DNA of 64,000 nt. Source: Microthyrium microscopicum (lineage: Eukaryota). The stretch lies in NCBI GenBank assembly GCA_010405405.1, contig MU004238.1, positions 259,530 to 323,529 of the forward strand. Reading direction: 5' to 3'. Position numbers and translations under genes: made by a program. The notes under the pieces were generated by a model that saw only the letters and a program-made list of their open reading frames with translations, ran no database searches and had not been told where the DNA came from. Positions within the stretch are counted from its first letter, which is position 1; every line of letters begins with the position of its first letter. Positions 48,214 through 60,416 of this stretch are shown in pieces.

Positions 48214-48963
48214 TCTGAAGCTGGAATGTTGCGGTGTTAGACGCGGAGAGTGCAGACGTGCGATGGAGTCCAAGACAGCTGTAGTTGGGAGGGCTGGTTG
48301 CAGAAGACGTAAACATTAATGCTCCTACTGTCTAAATTTGTGCATGAGATCATAGATGGTATAAGGCGGGTTCAAATGGTGACTACTTTATGATTAAAGA
48401 TACGAAACACTGAAGTCACCGACTGAGGCGGGTGCCTTAGTTTGCTTTAATTCTTTATTTCGCTGCTCTTCATTCACCAATAAACCAGTCTTTTCTAAAT
48501 AGCTGATATCGCTATGTCACTAAGTAAGTACCTCCTTAGGTACCTAACTATAACATGTCTTTTTCATGCTAGACCGTCCATTTAGGTGCTTGATATATGG
48601 GCAGATAGTCCAGTGACACGCTGTACCTAGATATAGCTGACGGGCCAACCGTCAACTTCACCATAACGTGAAATTGCTGCGAATGATAAGGTGACGATTT
48701 TGAGGTGTTCACATTCTGCAAATCCGCCCGGACAAGTGATCTCTACTTACTACCGCGACACTCTCTACAGTTACTGGAGAAGTGCCAATAACACGCTATA
48801 ACCCAATCTGGTAAAGATTTGACTGGCTTGGTTGCTATTTCAGGGTCGAACCTATCTACTGTCATCTCCATCCCCCATCCCCCATCAGCCATCAGCCATC
48901 AGCCAACAAGACCATCTCTCTTCATTATACCCCAAATACCAAAGATCCCCTCAAAACGGCAGC

Positions 48964-49233
48964 ATGTGCCGTGTTATTCGACGCGTCTGCCCTAGCGGCC
49001 ACCACTGGTACGTGCCAACCGAACCGGTGTGCAAGCAAAAGGAGGCCACTGGCAAGTTTGGCAAAGAATGTCCCTGGGAGGAAGTTCTAGTGCTCACTAC
49101 AGAACTACATAATGCGGAAAGTTGCCCACAATGTCACCCGACTCGTGGCGTCTTACGAGAAGGAGTACGAAAGATTCTCACGCGCTCCTCACACGCCCAA
49201 AACTCGAATGCCATTCAGCAGATGATCTTATGA
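48964..49233 (+). CDS. Divergent Cys/His microprotein B7 (89 aa)
   Basis: MCRVIRRVCPSGHHWYVPTEPVCKQKEATGKFGKECPWEEVLVLTTELHNAESCPQCH...; oriented divergently from B6. Confidence 0.72.
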   Translation: MCRVIRRVCPSGHHWYVPTEPVCKQKEATGKFGKECPWEEVLVLTTELHNAESCPQCHPTRGVLREGVRKILTRSSHAQNSNAIQQMIL

Positions 49234-49402
49234 TCCAAACTGCTTCTTGAAGGATCTGGAAATCAGGACCGAAGGCAACTTTCAGCAACAATGACTACTC
49301 TAAGCTTCATGGGGACTTTTTCTAATCCACCAACTGAATCAATGATATGATTACTCACACGAACGGAGCATGTTGTTCTCGGCCATGGAATATATATATA
49401 TA

Positions 49403-50009
49403 CAGTACTAGGACAAAGGTTTGAGCTAGCTGTGCTTACACCACTAAAACTGACCTTTTTGCTAGCCTATTTATAAGAAATTTAGTTAAGTAAGTATAGT
49501 TGAAAATCATTATAATAGTAATTTATAACCTAAGGAACAATATATATAAGTTATATAGTTAAAGAAAAATAATTTAATAGTGAGTAACTACTTAAAGTTT
49601 GCTAATTTCTAAAAAGTTGATTTTCTCTAATAAAAGTACAAAAAAATAGTGCTTACTAATTTTCTTAGTCTTTATATCTTATTATTTTAGCTAATATTAT
49701 ACCTATACCTTTAAAACTTATATATAATAAGAATAAGAATATAAAGAATATATAGTAAAGTTTTTAGATATAGTTACTTAACTAACTTTTTTAGAATCTT
49801 TATTCTAAAAAGAGGTAGGTATTTTACTTATATTCTTAATTACTTAGCGAACTATGGCTATTTTTCTTTTAGAACTTAACATAAGGTAGAGAAGTGTATA
49901 ACTTGAATATATAATTACGAAAACCTAATTAAATAGGTACTGTTGTGGAATAATAGGCTTTATTATATTGATTGAGATATAACTAGCTTAAACCTTTGTC
50001 CCGTAACTG
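49403..50009. mobile_element. Non-autonomous Tc1/mariner-type DNA transposon (MITE), AT-rich with RIP-like decay
   Basis: 29-bp terminal inverted repeats (CAGTACTAGGACAAAGGTTTGAGCTAGCT vs reverse complement CAGTTACGGGACAAAGGTTTAAGCTAGTT, 23/29 identical); CAGT..ACTG ends flanked by TA on both sides; very AT- and TpA-rich interior. Confidence 0.85.
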
Positions 50010-50650
50010 TACGTCCTGAACTCGTGGTTGGCAAATATCCAGGAATTTTGTCCATCCCAATCACATTTTGTATTCTATTGAACAATCTATACCAGTGATT
50101 CTCTTGATGAGGTTTCCTTCTAGGTTAACTGACCATCTGACTACATGTTTTACAGTCTGCACTTGCTCCGATACAAAGAACAGGAAAGGACCTTCGTATT
50201 TCTTTCCACCAAGGAGCAGATAGTACTGAGAAATCGGGGTCCGGTTTCCTGATCTTCACCAGCAGATTATCGCTCTATACCTTTTTTTAGAGAGCCATTG
50301 ACAGGAGAAAAGTAGGATTGCTGCCTCAAAACAAGATACAAGAGGACGAGAAAGTGGCTTATTTTCTAGCATACTCGATGGAAAATAAAACGCTCGATTC
50401 AAACGTAATAGATGACAGCCAGCGAAGTCCATGGGAGCATAGCTCTTTTGCTGTTGCAACACTTTGAAGACAAGCGCACGACAAGGCTGAAAATCCAAGC
50501 AGTTGATTGGCTATTACCCCCACCATACTACCTGCCAGTACCTCTAATTCCAAAAATTGTCGACATCAACTCTTCCCCAAGCCTTCTACACTGCCCAAGA
50601 ATCGATTCTCCCAAACGCTTCGCCACCTAGCAGTGTTCGCTCGATCCACA

Positions 50651-51804
50651 ATGTCCGCCCTACATAAAGACTTTTGTGTCGACCACGATGAAGCCAAACG
50701 GCACAAGAAAGTCATCTATGTTACCAACGTCGACCCAGCAAGTACTCAGGAAGATCTCGAAACAGAGTTTCTTAACAGGCAGCTTCATCCAACGTGCTTC
50801 TACTGGGCTCCGAAAAAGCATCCTTACCAGTATTGCCACGTGGAATTCGACAATCCAAATACAGCGGAGACAGCAATGATTACCATCAACGGCGTAATTT
50901 TCAGAGAGAGACCACTTTGTACAGGTCCTACCTACCCCAATGTCAGGGTTAGTACACCACGCGAATTATATCACCCGGTGGCCGCTACACCTACTGACAC
51001 GGGTGAAGAAAGCTGATCGTGACGAACAAATTCGACGGGCAAACAAGAGTTACCGCAATGCGGTGGCTGCTGCATCTGGACCAGCACAAACGAAGCCAGG
51101 AAAGAGAGATCTCGCAGCTTTTGTGAGCGAGAGCGAAGATGATCATTGCCAACCATCCAGTACAAAGAAGAGATCGCGAAAAGGGGCCAACTTTTCGTCA
51201 ATTCCGGTCCATTTACCTGTTCAACATCACACTGCTTCTCGTCATACTGCCATGCCAAGGGTAAGATACTACCAGTTTCAGCACTTTCTCCAGTGGTCAC
51301 AAATACTCATCTACTCCCATCGGATCTACTGTCTACCATCGTACTTCTTGAGCGAGAATCGCTTTTATTTCCCATGGAAATCGTTAATTTCTCTGAATTT
51401 CAACGCAGTCGATGAGAAAGAAAGGCGTTACTCGTGATAAGGAGTGGATGAGAAATAGAAGATCTGATGGGAATGGGCTAGTAACACGTCCGATGATTTT
51501 GACAGCTGAAATCCACATTTTCCAGGGAGAATATAGACTGACATAAGCCTATCTATAGACCAAGGAGCAAGAAGTCGCGATGGCGATTCGAGAGCAAGCA
51601 AGAACGGCGATGGTGCAGCTTAATAATGTGAGCAGCGAAGTCGCAGTACTAGACATCGCCATCAAATACGATGCACACCTTGCCACAGCAAGGACAAGAG
51701 CGGCAGAGACTGAGAGGATACATCGGAGAGTAGCTCGAGTGTGGGAAGCCGCTGCTGAAGCAGCTGAAGCAGAGATTATGCGACAGGAGGCAGAGATGGA
51801 TTAA
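50651..51804 (+). CDS. RRM-domain protein (multi-exon; 3' structure uncertain)
   Basis: VIYVTNVD (RNP2), YQYCHVEF (RNP1), AETAMITINGVIFRERPL; Ala/Glu-rich coiled-coil final exon 51580-51804. Confidence 0.65.
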
Positions 51805-51814
51805 TACGCTACAA

Positions 51815-53293
51815 TCATCTATGTATTATTACAATGTTACTCTTATGCTTCATTTTCAACTTCTCCAAAACTTTCTTCTCACTCAACTGCAATTCCGTAC
51901 AAATCTCATCGAAACAATGCATCCCATCCAGATATCGGCCCAGCGACAAATCTGCTGTATCACTGCTATCTGAGCCGCGTCTCTTTAGATCGCGCCAATT
52001 CACGACCTTTGATGTGATGTCTTTAGGTCGCGCATTCTCTATTGAGGCACTCCCATCCAAGACCACATATTTATGCACTCGGTATAGAAAGCCCTTGATA
52101 ACACCAAATGTGATAAACCGTCTGACATCTAGGCCTAGTAACATGGCCGTATTTCTCAAACACCAACTCTTCAGCGTGAGGCCCTGCTGTAGACCTGCAT
52201 ATAGCTCTACCAAGCGCGCTCGATCAAGTCCACTCTCGTTGGAGCGCCATGCCCAACGCTCACCACTTGTTGCGCCGCCGCCAATCTCAGAGTCGGTAAG
52301 GCGTCGATATTGACCAACACAAACGTATCGTAACGCCTCGTCTTGCGCAGCCGAGTCGTCAACAAAGACACCAAAGTCGGCAGTGGGCGCGTATATTGCG
52401 GCGTACTGGAATATGTCGAGCAGAATAACACAGTTATAGTAGAGAAGGTGGGCGATGGCTTTGCGGGTTAAGTGGAGGTCTGTGTCCGCGAGCTGGGCGA
52501 TCTGCGCGACGGAGGCGATGCCGTCGATATGCGGGATGATCCGGGATAATGTCAAGTCAGAAGAATTGGCCAAATGAGCGAGCTGGACTGTTGAGAGAGG
52601 GACGTGCCAGGCATAGATGGGCGGAGGGGGAGGCCGGGTGGGGAAAATCTTGAGATTTATTGTATTGGAGTCGTCGATGGGGATCATGCATTCGCAGTAG
52701 TTGTTCAGGTCCTCAAATATCATTTCGCGCAGTGCATAAATCTTGCCGCCAAGAACGAAATGGGGGCTTTTCTGGGAGACCTTGGTGTCTTCGGATATTG
52801 AGTCATCGATGGCAGTGTCGTTGGATGTGACCGCTTCCCACAGCTCGTCGTTCTCCTCTTTGGAAAGGAACATACTCTGCTCTTCTAGATTTCGGAATAA
52901 AGTGGCTAGCTTGCGGACTATGGTAACATAGCCACTAAATTCGGCATCATCCTCCAATACCAGACAGAAGTTGAAGATGAACTGATTACGGAAATATCTG
53001 GAATGCTCGACACAGACTGGAAAGCCAATGATTCGATAGTGATTGGTGCATACTGTTATCAGGCGGTCACAAAATTCTTGGCCGGGGATGATGAGTGGAG
53101 AGACTGATGAGAAGTCGAACAAAGTTGATTGCTCATCGGATATGTCATGTCCAGGGACTATAGCTCCTTCTGGAACTTGATGCAGGACTCGAGGACCTGA
53201 TATGTGTCAGTGACGGCTAATGGCACATTTTCAGTAGAGGAGACCTTTTTCAGGGTGAAATCGAGCGAAGAAGATGGCTTTTATCATCGACAT
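51815..53293 (-). CDS. NPR2: Nitrogen permease regulator 2 (GATOR1/SEACIT subunit)
   Basis: MIKAIFFARFHPEKG|PRVLHQVPEG, RNQFIFNFCLV, FEDLNNYCECMIPIDDSNTINLK, DVRRFITFGVIKGFLYRVHKY. Confidence 0.95.
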
Positions 53294-54689
53294 GATGACG
53301 GCGATACATCACGGCTACCAGAATGTCTAGGCAACTACCTTCCTAAGCCAATGCTCGAGATAGCGCAGTGGATGGGCTGAGAGGTGTTCATGTCGTTGTG
53401 TCGTTGTGTTGAAATGGCAGGGGAACCGCGATTGATGGCAAGGCGGGCCGAGCCGGGCCCGTCAACGAATCAACGACCACCAGTCGATTACCGCTTTGGG
53501 TTCTGGTGGCGCTCAGTTGGATTATTGGGGTTGGAACTTGGCGGTTGGGCAGCAGTTTTGAAGGAAGCACAAGAGAAGAAAGCAACCACTCAAAAATTGC
53601 CACTCCATTTCCTATCATTTTCGCTTCAATCTGTTGGAACGGTTTGCAGTTCCCAGCTCTTTGCACCAAATCCCCATGCATTTGCATATTCCTCCATACT
53701 ACTAGACTTACTTCCCTGTACCTGGTTCTTGCTGCCAGTTGTGACCTCTGTACACTCTTGTCTCAACCTCACCTCCTGGAGACCTACATCTATCAACAAA
53801 CTGCCTTGTATCTGTAGCCTGTATGTGCCCCTCGCTGTCCATCATACCCCGTACTTTTAATGTAGAACGAACCTCGCCTTGCTGCTTTACAATGGGTGGT
53901 TCGTTGATTGCTGCCATGCACTCTGCTCGTTGGCATCAAACCGGGCGACTGCTGATTCCCAGAGTCGACTGTTGGAGGTACACGTGTAGTTGCATTGCAT
54001 ATTCACACTGACTCTTGCTCTAGTTTGTCACCCAGTCTACTTTGGCGTCTTCCGCGGCTCTCTCGTCAATTCAACTGCTGTAAGTCCTCTGTTCCATCAA
54101 TTATCTTTTTCTCTCCAGTTTCTTTTACTTGCCCTGAGCTTGTCGTACCTACGTATTGTTCATGCTGCCCGTGGGCCGTGGCCTATCTGTTCTGCCAACG
54201 CATCACCTACGCCCCCGGGCGATTTTCGCTGCAATTCTACCGTGGCCGACTGCTTTGCTCAATCTTCGCCCTGTCTGGCACCATGGCGTCTCCATCTTAA
54301 CTTGAAGAGTCCCTGCTGTCCCTCTCGTAAGTATTAGTGAAGCTGTTTTACCGACCCTCCAAGTCTGTACAAGTCTGTCCCAGACTCTTCCCAGTCCGTC
54401 CAAGGGAAGGATCACAATTCCCACACACCCATCAGCTTATACCTAGTACCTCCCTCGGAATATCTGCACTTCTCCCGTCGCTATCACATCGTCATCACAA
54501 CCTTTCCCCAGACCGTGGCTTTTGTTGGCATGACTTTATCCATCCTACTTTACCATTTCCGGACCTTGGGCTGTTTTTCTTGAGGCTCAGCTTGTCCTTG
54601 TTGTCGTTTTAGCGAGCTTTGTTTTTGCATTTGCTGTCATTTTTCGCTCACGCTTATAACCCCGTTGTGTCCTCGTCTAAATCTTTGAA

Positions 54690-56651
54690 ATGCAGGCCAC
54701 TTCATACTGGGGCTCCGGGGTGATGCCCAATTCCCATGGTTCAACTCTGAATAGAAATCCTTTCCGGGTAGCTTCCATAATGGATTTACATAGTTCTTAT
54801 GGATATCCCGGCAGAGCTTCAAGCACTTCATCATCATCATCGTCTTCCTACGATCCCGGGATCTACACACCAACAGCTGGGCCATATCCTGACGAGAGTC
54901 GAACAAGGACTCCCACGCCAACTGCCCCAAAAATGTCTGCTCCATTTACCATACCCTCTTACCAAGGAGTAAACACTCATACTAGTCCTACAAATCCATG
55001 GGCAAAAATAATAGCTGCAGCTAAGGATACTCCGCCTGTCCCTGTATCGCCTGGTAGCAGTGGCTCAGCATCCAGATCTCCTGAGGATTTGAGCCGTTCC
55101 AGCACACCCACTCCATTTGCACCCCAGCCGTTGAAGCCATTTAAGGCGGATCCCCAACTTCTATCACCAAGGGATGATTATGCTTCTCCACCTCCATATC
55201 TGTTTGCCACTTTTCCTACATATGTACAACAGCATACAAGCGGCATTCCATATACAGTAGGATTTGACGAGAAACTCCTAGTTCAGCTCATTACACCTGA
55301 ATTGATCACACAACATAATAGGAGAATACCTCAGATAGCACTTCGACAGGGCTGGAAATCCCCTCAACATGTATATCAATGGGCCATCAGACACTATAAA
55401 ACAGCCTTCCTCCTTTGGATGGCTGAAGACCTACAAGCATGGCCGAAAGCATTCGTAATGGGTCTGGAAGACAAAGATATTCCCTACGCGGAAGAAGCTC
55501 TCAAAGGCATCGCCACCAATCCCTCCAAAGTCGCCGATCTTCAATGGAAAGTCGCCATCAAACAACTCCCCCGAGATGGCCATCACACCGAGTTCACCAC
55601 AAGTCAAGTGGTTCCGCTCGATACGCAACCCAACATCCGCATGGAAGTCCCTGACGCTTCTAAGAAAAAGCGCCTCGACTGCGTAAAGTTCTGCGACAAG
55701 ACCACAGACGTAATATTCGTCCGCAAACGCCTCGACGTAAAAAACGGCCCTGAAAAAGAAGCCATCCTCGCCCAAATCCGTGATTTCCATACCATTTCGC
55801 ACGCAAATATCGCCGCCATAGCAGGCTCCTACGCCCGCGGTCAAACCGTCGCAATCCTCTCCGAGCGCACGGAAGCAAATCTCGTAGACTATCTCGACAC
55901 CTTCGCCGGTGGTGCCGAACAACTTCTCTCCTGGATGCTCGACCTAACATCCGCCCTCAAATATCTCCACGACTCCCGCATCGTCCACAAGTCCATAAGA
56001 CCGCACAAAATCCTCGTCGATCCACGCCGAAAGCGTATCTCCTACGCCATCTTCGGCATAACGCAGCCCGCACGCGCATCGGCCACAGCCCTTTGGACAC
56101 CGTACTCCACCGAGCCAGCATATATATACGCCGCGCCCGAAACGGTCTCACGACGCGAAGCTTCCTTCCCCGCCGACATCTTCTCACTAGGCTGCGTATT
56201 GCTAGAAATGGCTACATGCGCCAAAGGACTCGACGTATCCTCCCTCGAAGCCTACCGGTCCACTATATCCCACGATTCATCTTATCATATGAACCTAGAA
56301 CGCGTCGATGCCTGGACCCAACAACTCCGCGTCTCAAAACCACAAGCTCCCAGCTCGCGAATACGACGAGACCGCCATGGCGCACAGATAGAACACGTCC
56401 TCAACGCCGTCCGCACAATGGTTTCCGCCGAGCCAGAATCCCGCCCCAGCGCAAAACGCGTAGTTTCCTACCTTGAAAAAGGCGCTGCGGCCCAACAAGT
56501 TAGAAGACCGCGAAGGAGAAGCGATGTAGGGGCGGAGATTGGAAGGGCTGTTAATGAGAGGGAGAAGAGTGAGCAGGGGGGTTTGTGGGGGGAGTTGGAG
56601 AGTTTGAATGGGTATTATAACCATCAAGGATATGGGGGAAGTGGCTACTAA
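54690..56651 (+). CDS. Protein kinase-fold protein, probable pseudokinase
   Basis: ALKYLHDSRIVHKSIRPHKILV, YAAPE, ADIFSLGCVLLEM, PESRPSA; catalytic Asp and DFG Asp absent. Confidence 0.82.
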   Translation: MQATSYWGSGVMPNSHGSTLNRNPFRVASIMDLHSSYGYPGRASSTSSSSSSSYDPGIYTPTAGPYPDESRTRTPTPTAPKMSAPFTIPSYQGVNTHTSPTNPWAKIIAAAKDTPPVPVSPGSSGSASRSPEDLSRSSTPTPFAPQPLKPFKADPQLLSPRDDYASPPPYLFATFPTYVQQHTSGIPYTVGFDEKLLVQLITPELITQHNRRIPQIALRQGWKSPQHVYQWAIRHYKTAFLLWMAEDLQAWPKAFVMGLEDKDIPYAEEALKGIATNPSKVADLQWKVAIKQLPRDGHHTEFTTSQVVPLDTQPNIRMEVPDASKKKRLDCVKFCDKTTDVIFVRKRLDVKNGPEKEAILAQIRDFHTISHANIAAIAGSYARGQTVAILSERTEANLVDYLDTFAGGAEQLLSWMLDLTSALKYLHDSRIVHKSIRPHKILVDPRRKRISYAIFGITQPARASATALWTPYSTEPAYIYAAPETVSRREASFPADIFSLGCVLLEMATCAKGLDVSSLEAYRSTISHDSSYHMNLERVDAWTQQLRVSKPQAPSSRIRRDRHGAQIEHVLNAVRTMVSAEPESRPSAKRVVSYLEKGAAAQQVRRPRRRSDVGAEIGRAVNEREKSEQGGLWGELESLNGYYNHQGYGGSGY

Positions 56652-57231
56652 AGAAGTGGTTCGATATGGGGGAGAAGCATTGCATGCTGAAGCGTTTTTG
56701 TTGATTTTTCCTTACTTCTAGATTTGCGGCTTTTGTTGGTTTTGGGGGCAAAGTGATACCCTTCTCGCGAAGCATCTTGTCCTTGTTATTTTGAGCGATT
56801 TTGGCGCTGGTTGGGAGCAAGACTTGTTGTCGGTAATTTCATGCTGCATGCTAGTCTCTTGATTTCTTCGTTTTGATTTGGAATGATATGGACTGGAAAC
56901 GAAGGACACGAATGCATGTAATGAACTGAACATATGGGGATTGGACACGAAAAGCATCCATGAATGGTGACTAGACTGATAATAACCGCATGATAAGGCG
57001 CTGGAATGGTGGTAATAGTAGTATATGCATAACAAATTCCTCTTCTATCATACAATATATGTTCATCTACTTCTCTATACAATACATCTGCTTCTGGGTA
57101 TGCTGGTAGTGGAGAAATGAAGTCAGACAACTTCAGTTGTGGAACGCCAAATGCCATGACACTTCTATTTGTTCCAATCGCCCTGTCAATGCTAATGATC
57201 CAAACGCTCCTTGTTCGCCATATATGTGCAT

Positions 57232-58512
57232 TCAATAGACTACCACCTCGCCGGGATCCACCATATTGGGTTTGAATGTCTTTTTACTGTCGGTCTTGCG
57301 GGCCTCACTGGGTAGTGTCACGTCCAGTGGGCTATACAGATACCAGCCCTTCAGGGCGGCAACTGCGGCGCGAGTTTTGGCCTCTAGTAATGATGCGCCA
57401 ACTCCTTCGCCTAGTTTGTCGTGGCCGGAGAATACACCGACGATGAAAACGGGGTGTGCACTGCGACGACCAGTTTCGGAGATTAGTCGAGCGACTGGGG
57501 GCTCGAAGTTTTCGCGGAGGCAGAGGAGGAGAAGATCGCGATTTGGATGATCGAAGGCAAAGAGTTTTGAGAGATCTAATGCTCGTGATGAAAAGTGGTT
57601 TCGGAAAAACTGCTTGGAAACATCCTGTCCGCCATGGAGATGTATGATAGCAAACAATGCGCGGACAAAGTTTGACGATGCCTCTTGAAGTGTCGTATGC
57701 TTCGGAACATGATCTGCTTTTGATGGTTGCATGCCAAACTGATCGCCATTCATGACGCGATAGGTTATGGTTGTCCGTTGTGGTCTGCCAGCCTCATTGA
57801 ACCGTAGTTGCCAATTGCCTGGTGTATAATCGTCATTGGGATTCTCTTTGCGCATTCTGGGCGGCAGTGATGCTTCCAACTCTTCCGCTCGCTTCTTCTT
57901 GAAATAGCCTGGCTCGTAGTGAAGCTCGTTAATCATCTCTTGCCTGAACTGAAGTAGACCCGGGTCAACCTCTCCACCCGGCGCCCGCACTGCGTCGACA
58001 CCCCATTCGCGAGCTATTGTACCCAACGCATCAGGCCCGATGAATGCGCGTTGAGCAGCCCAGAGAACTTCTAGTGGTAATCGGGGGTAGTGACACATGA
58101 GATGCTCTGAGCAGTAGTATCCCAGCACATCGCCACCGAGTATTGCTAATGATGCATTGTTGTGTCCTCTATCAGGATCCGCCGTTGCATCTACTAATGC
58201 TCGCGCTAGGGTTTGGAGAGGAATCTTGGGCGAGAGGTCGAGTCGAGCGTGGAGGGCGGCGAGCTTTGCAGATTGTAGAGCGCGAAAGGGTGGCGGAGAT
58301 GGGAATCGTTCGAGATTCGAGGAGAATTGCGCATCTAATACGAGTGGTTTGATTGCAGGGGAAGGAAAAGGAGAGGGTATAGAGGCAGCTGCCTGTGAGG
58401 AATTATGTCGCGTGCTTTTGCATCTCGAACAAGAGGCAATTGGGTTGCGAATAGGAGAGAATGGAGTGAATTGTGAGGTGGACAGCTGTCCTCGTATCCG
58501 TATCCGTTTCAT
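57232..58512 (-). CDS. MRPL3: Mitochondrial ribosomal protein mL44 (RNase III-like)
   Basis: SAKLAALHARL, EHLMCHYPRLP, APGGEVDPGLLQF, FEPPVARLISETGRRSAHPVFIVGVFSG, AALKGWYLYSP. Confidence 0.9.
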   Translation of the reverse strand: MKRIRIRGQLSTSQFTPFSPIRNPIASCSRCKSTRHNSSQAAASIPSPFPSPAIKPLVLDAQFSSNLERFPSPPPFRALQSAKLAALHARLDLSPKIPLQTLARALVDATADPDRGHNNASLAILGGDVLGYYCSEHLMCHYPRLPLEVLWAAQRAFIGPDALGTIAREWGVDAVRAPGGEVDPGLLQFRQEMINELHYEPGYFKKKRAEELEASLPPRMRKENPNDDYTPGNWQLRFNEAGRPQRTTITYRVMNGDQFGMQPSKADHVPKHTTLQEASSNFVRALFAIIHLHGGQDVSKQFFRNHFSSRALDLSKLFAFDHPNRDLLLLCLRENFEPPVARLISETGRRSAHPVFIVGVFSGHDKLGEGVGASLLEAKTRAAVAALKGWYLYSPLDVTLPSEARKTDSKKTFKPNMVDPGEVVVY

Positions 58513-59282
58513 TGATGTGAATATAAAGACATTAGCCCCAGGAGCAAGGTAACTGTCGAGAATAGAGGAGAGAGGTACTTGGTGTTGAATCATGATCTCC
58601 TTGAAGTTTGTCGTGGAGAAATTTTGGGAATGGCTGTTTTATTTCAATCAACCTGGACTAGCGCATAGTGTTTTCAAAATCAATGCATTACTCAGCCAAG
58701 CTCCTCAACTCCATCACATTGTCAAGACCATCTCTATCTGCACAAGACACATCACAATGGCCGATATCGACGAGATAAATCTCAAAAAGAATCTTGAGAA
58801 GCACCCATTGAAGGGAGAGCATCTTAGGACAGGCCGTGTTCCGTATGTTGAAGCTCGAGGAGGTGCTGGTGAAGCTAACATCACGATAGATATCCGAAGC
58901 ATGTCTGGTCACCCGCTGGTGGTTGGTATGCCCAGCCAGCGAATTGGAGGATGAACACTGCGATTGCCGGTCTCTTCATATTCGGTCTCGGTGTAGTGGT
59001 ATTCAACATAAGTGCTCGACTCGAGAACCGGCCGCGTATGCCTGAACCAGACGCCTTTTATCCAAGCCGACAGTACGTCCTTCAATACACTTCTGCACAA
59101 CACTCTAACCGTTACTAGCTGGGCAAAACAAATCATAGAACATGAGCGGAAACAAAAGGAACTCAAGGGCGAGTCGTGAGGGAGGGAAAGGAGACGAAAA
59201 GAGAAAGATAATACCAAATGCAGCATTGAAAGAGGCATAAGAATCATTAGATCCAGACGGAGTCGCGGATATTGTATATATA

Positions 59283-60416
59283 TTACAACAATCGGTTCAT
59301 GAACACATCCAATCGGCCTTGAACACTTTCACCATTCCAAACCTCCCCGTCTTCTCGTTCCTCCAATATTGGCATACCAATCTGCTCAATCGCAAAACTC
59401 GCAGCAACTGAGCCCCAGACCGATGCAGTCTTGATATCATGACCGCGCGCTAACGCGACTCCCAAAGCTCCTAGAAAAGTGTTCCCACCGCCTGTTGGAT
59501 CAACGACCTTGTCAGGACTGTTATCGTGGACCGCAGGAATCCAAGTTCCCATACCCCTATTGGCGAGAAAGCAACCCTGCTTGCCACATCGGATCACCAC
59601 GCTTCCTCCACCGTTTTTTCCAATTCCCGATTGCAGCCAGTTGTGAGCGTATAGCTCCATTGACTCGCAGTCAACAGAATCGCCTCGTTGACCAGTGCCG
59701 CCAAAGTAGGCCGCTATCTCAGCATGATTTGGACTAACTATATCTACTAGTTTCAATGCACTCCGGCAGTTCTCGAGTTCTTCGGGTGTACATATATCAG
59801 GAACTGGCTCCCAGAGAAAGATAGGTTTCGGTAGATTTGGACATTCATGACTTCGTCGAGCCAGGACTCCGTTGACTTGGTCGATGCAGCGCTCTGGGGA
59901 GCATATGAGATGGAATGATTTGGCCTGAATGAGTTGAGGAGAACAGGAATCAGCGGTAAGTCTTAGCTTTTCAGTCTTGTACTTGAAAGCTTTTGAAAAA
60001 TGAGAAATGGTGCAACTATAATGAGAGAGCAGGACAAACCTCGATGGTCATTATCACCATATTCGTTCCAGCCGCGAGTCGTTAGTCGCTCAGGAGTCTC
60101 TCTTAGGAGACAACTTGTTTTCCATGAGTCGATAGTGTCGCGGATGTTCTTTGGAAAGTCGGAACCACAGTCTACGATCCATCCTACTGATTTTGACAGA
60201 GGTGGTGGTGAAAATAGTCTGGCCCCTAGCGCAGAATATGAACCAGCACCACCCAGTACATCGTAGACTGAAGGCCTTGGTGCTGGAAAGTGTATTTCAT
60301 CTAGTAAGGTCAGCCAAGACATTTGAATTGGCATAGTGTTATATTAGCAAACCGATGATGAACATTCCTAGAGTTACAAAGTCTACATCCTCTGAATCTA
60401 TGATGGTGGACGCCAT
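59283..60416 (-). CDS. MAK32: PfkB-family carbohydrate kinase, Mak32-like
   Basis: DFVTLGMFII|DEIHF, LGGAGSYSALGAR, VDCGSDFP, VVDPTGGGNTFLG, AASFAIEQIGMP. Confidence 0.85.

Larger units (their letters stand above)
45541..49233. repeat. Tandem array B of Cys/His microprotein genes (6 on minus strand, 1 on plus)
   Basis: Seven ORFs with the same MC-CxH-C-C-CxxC scaffold as array A. Confidence 0.88.

Noticed and set aside
58757..58954. Short plus-strand ORF MADIDEINLKKNLEKHP
   Set aside because: Good start context but no recognisable homology; cannot be supported without expression data.
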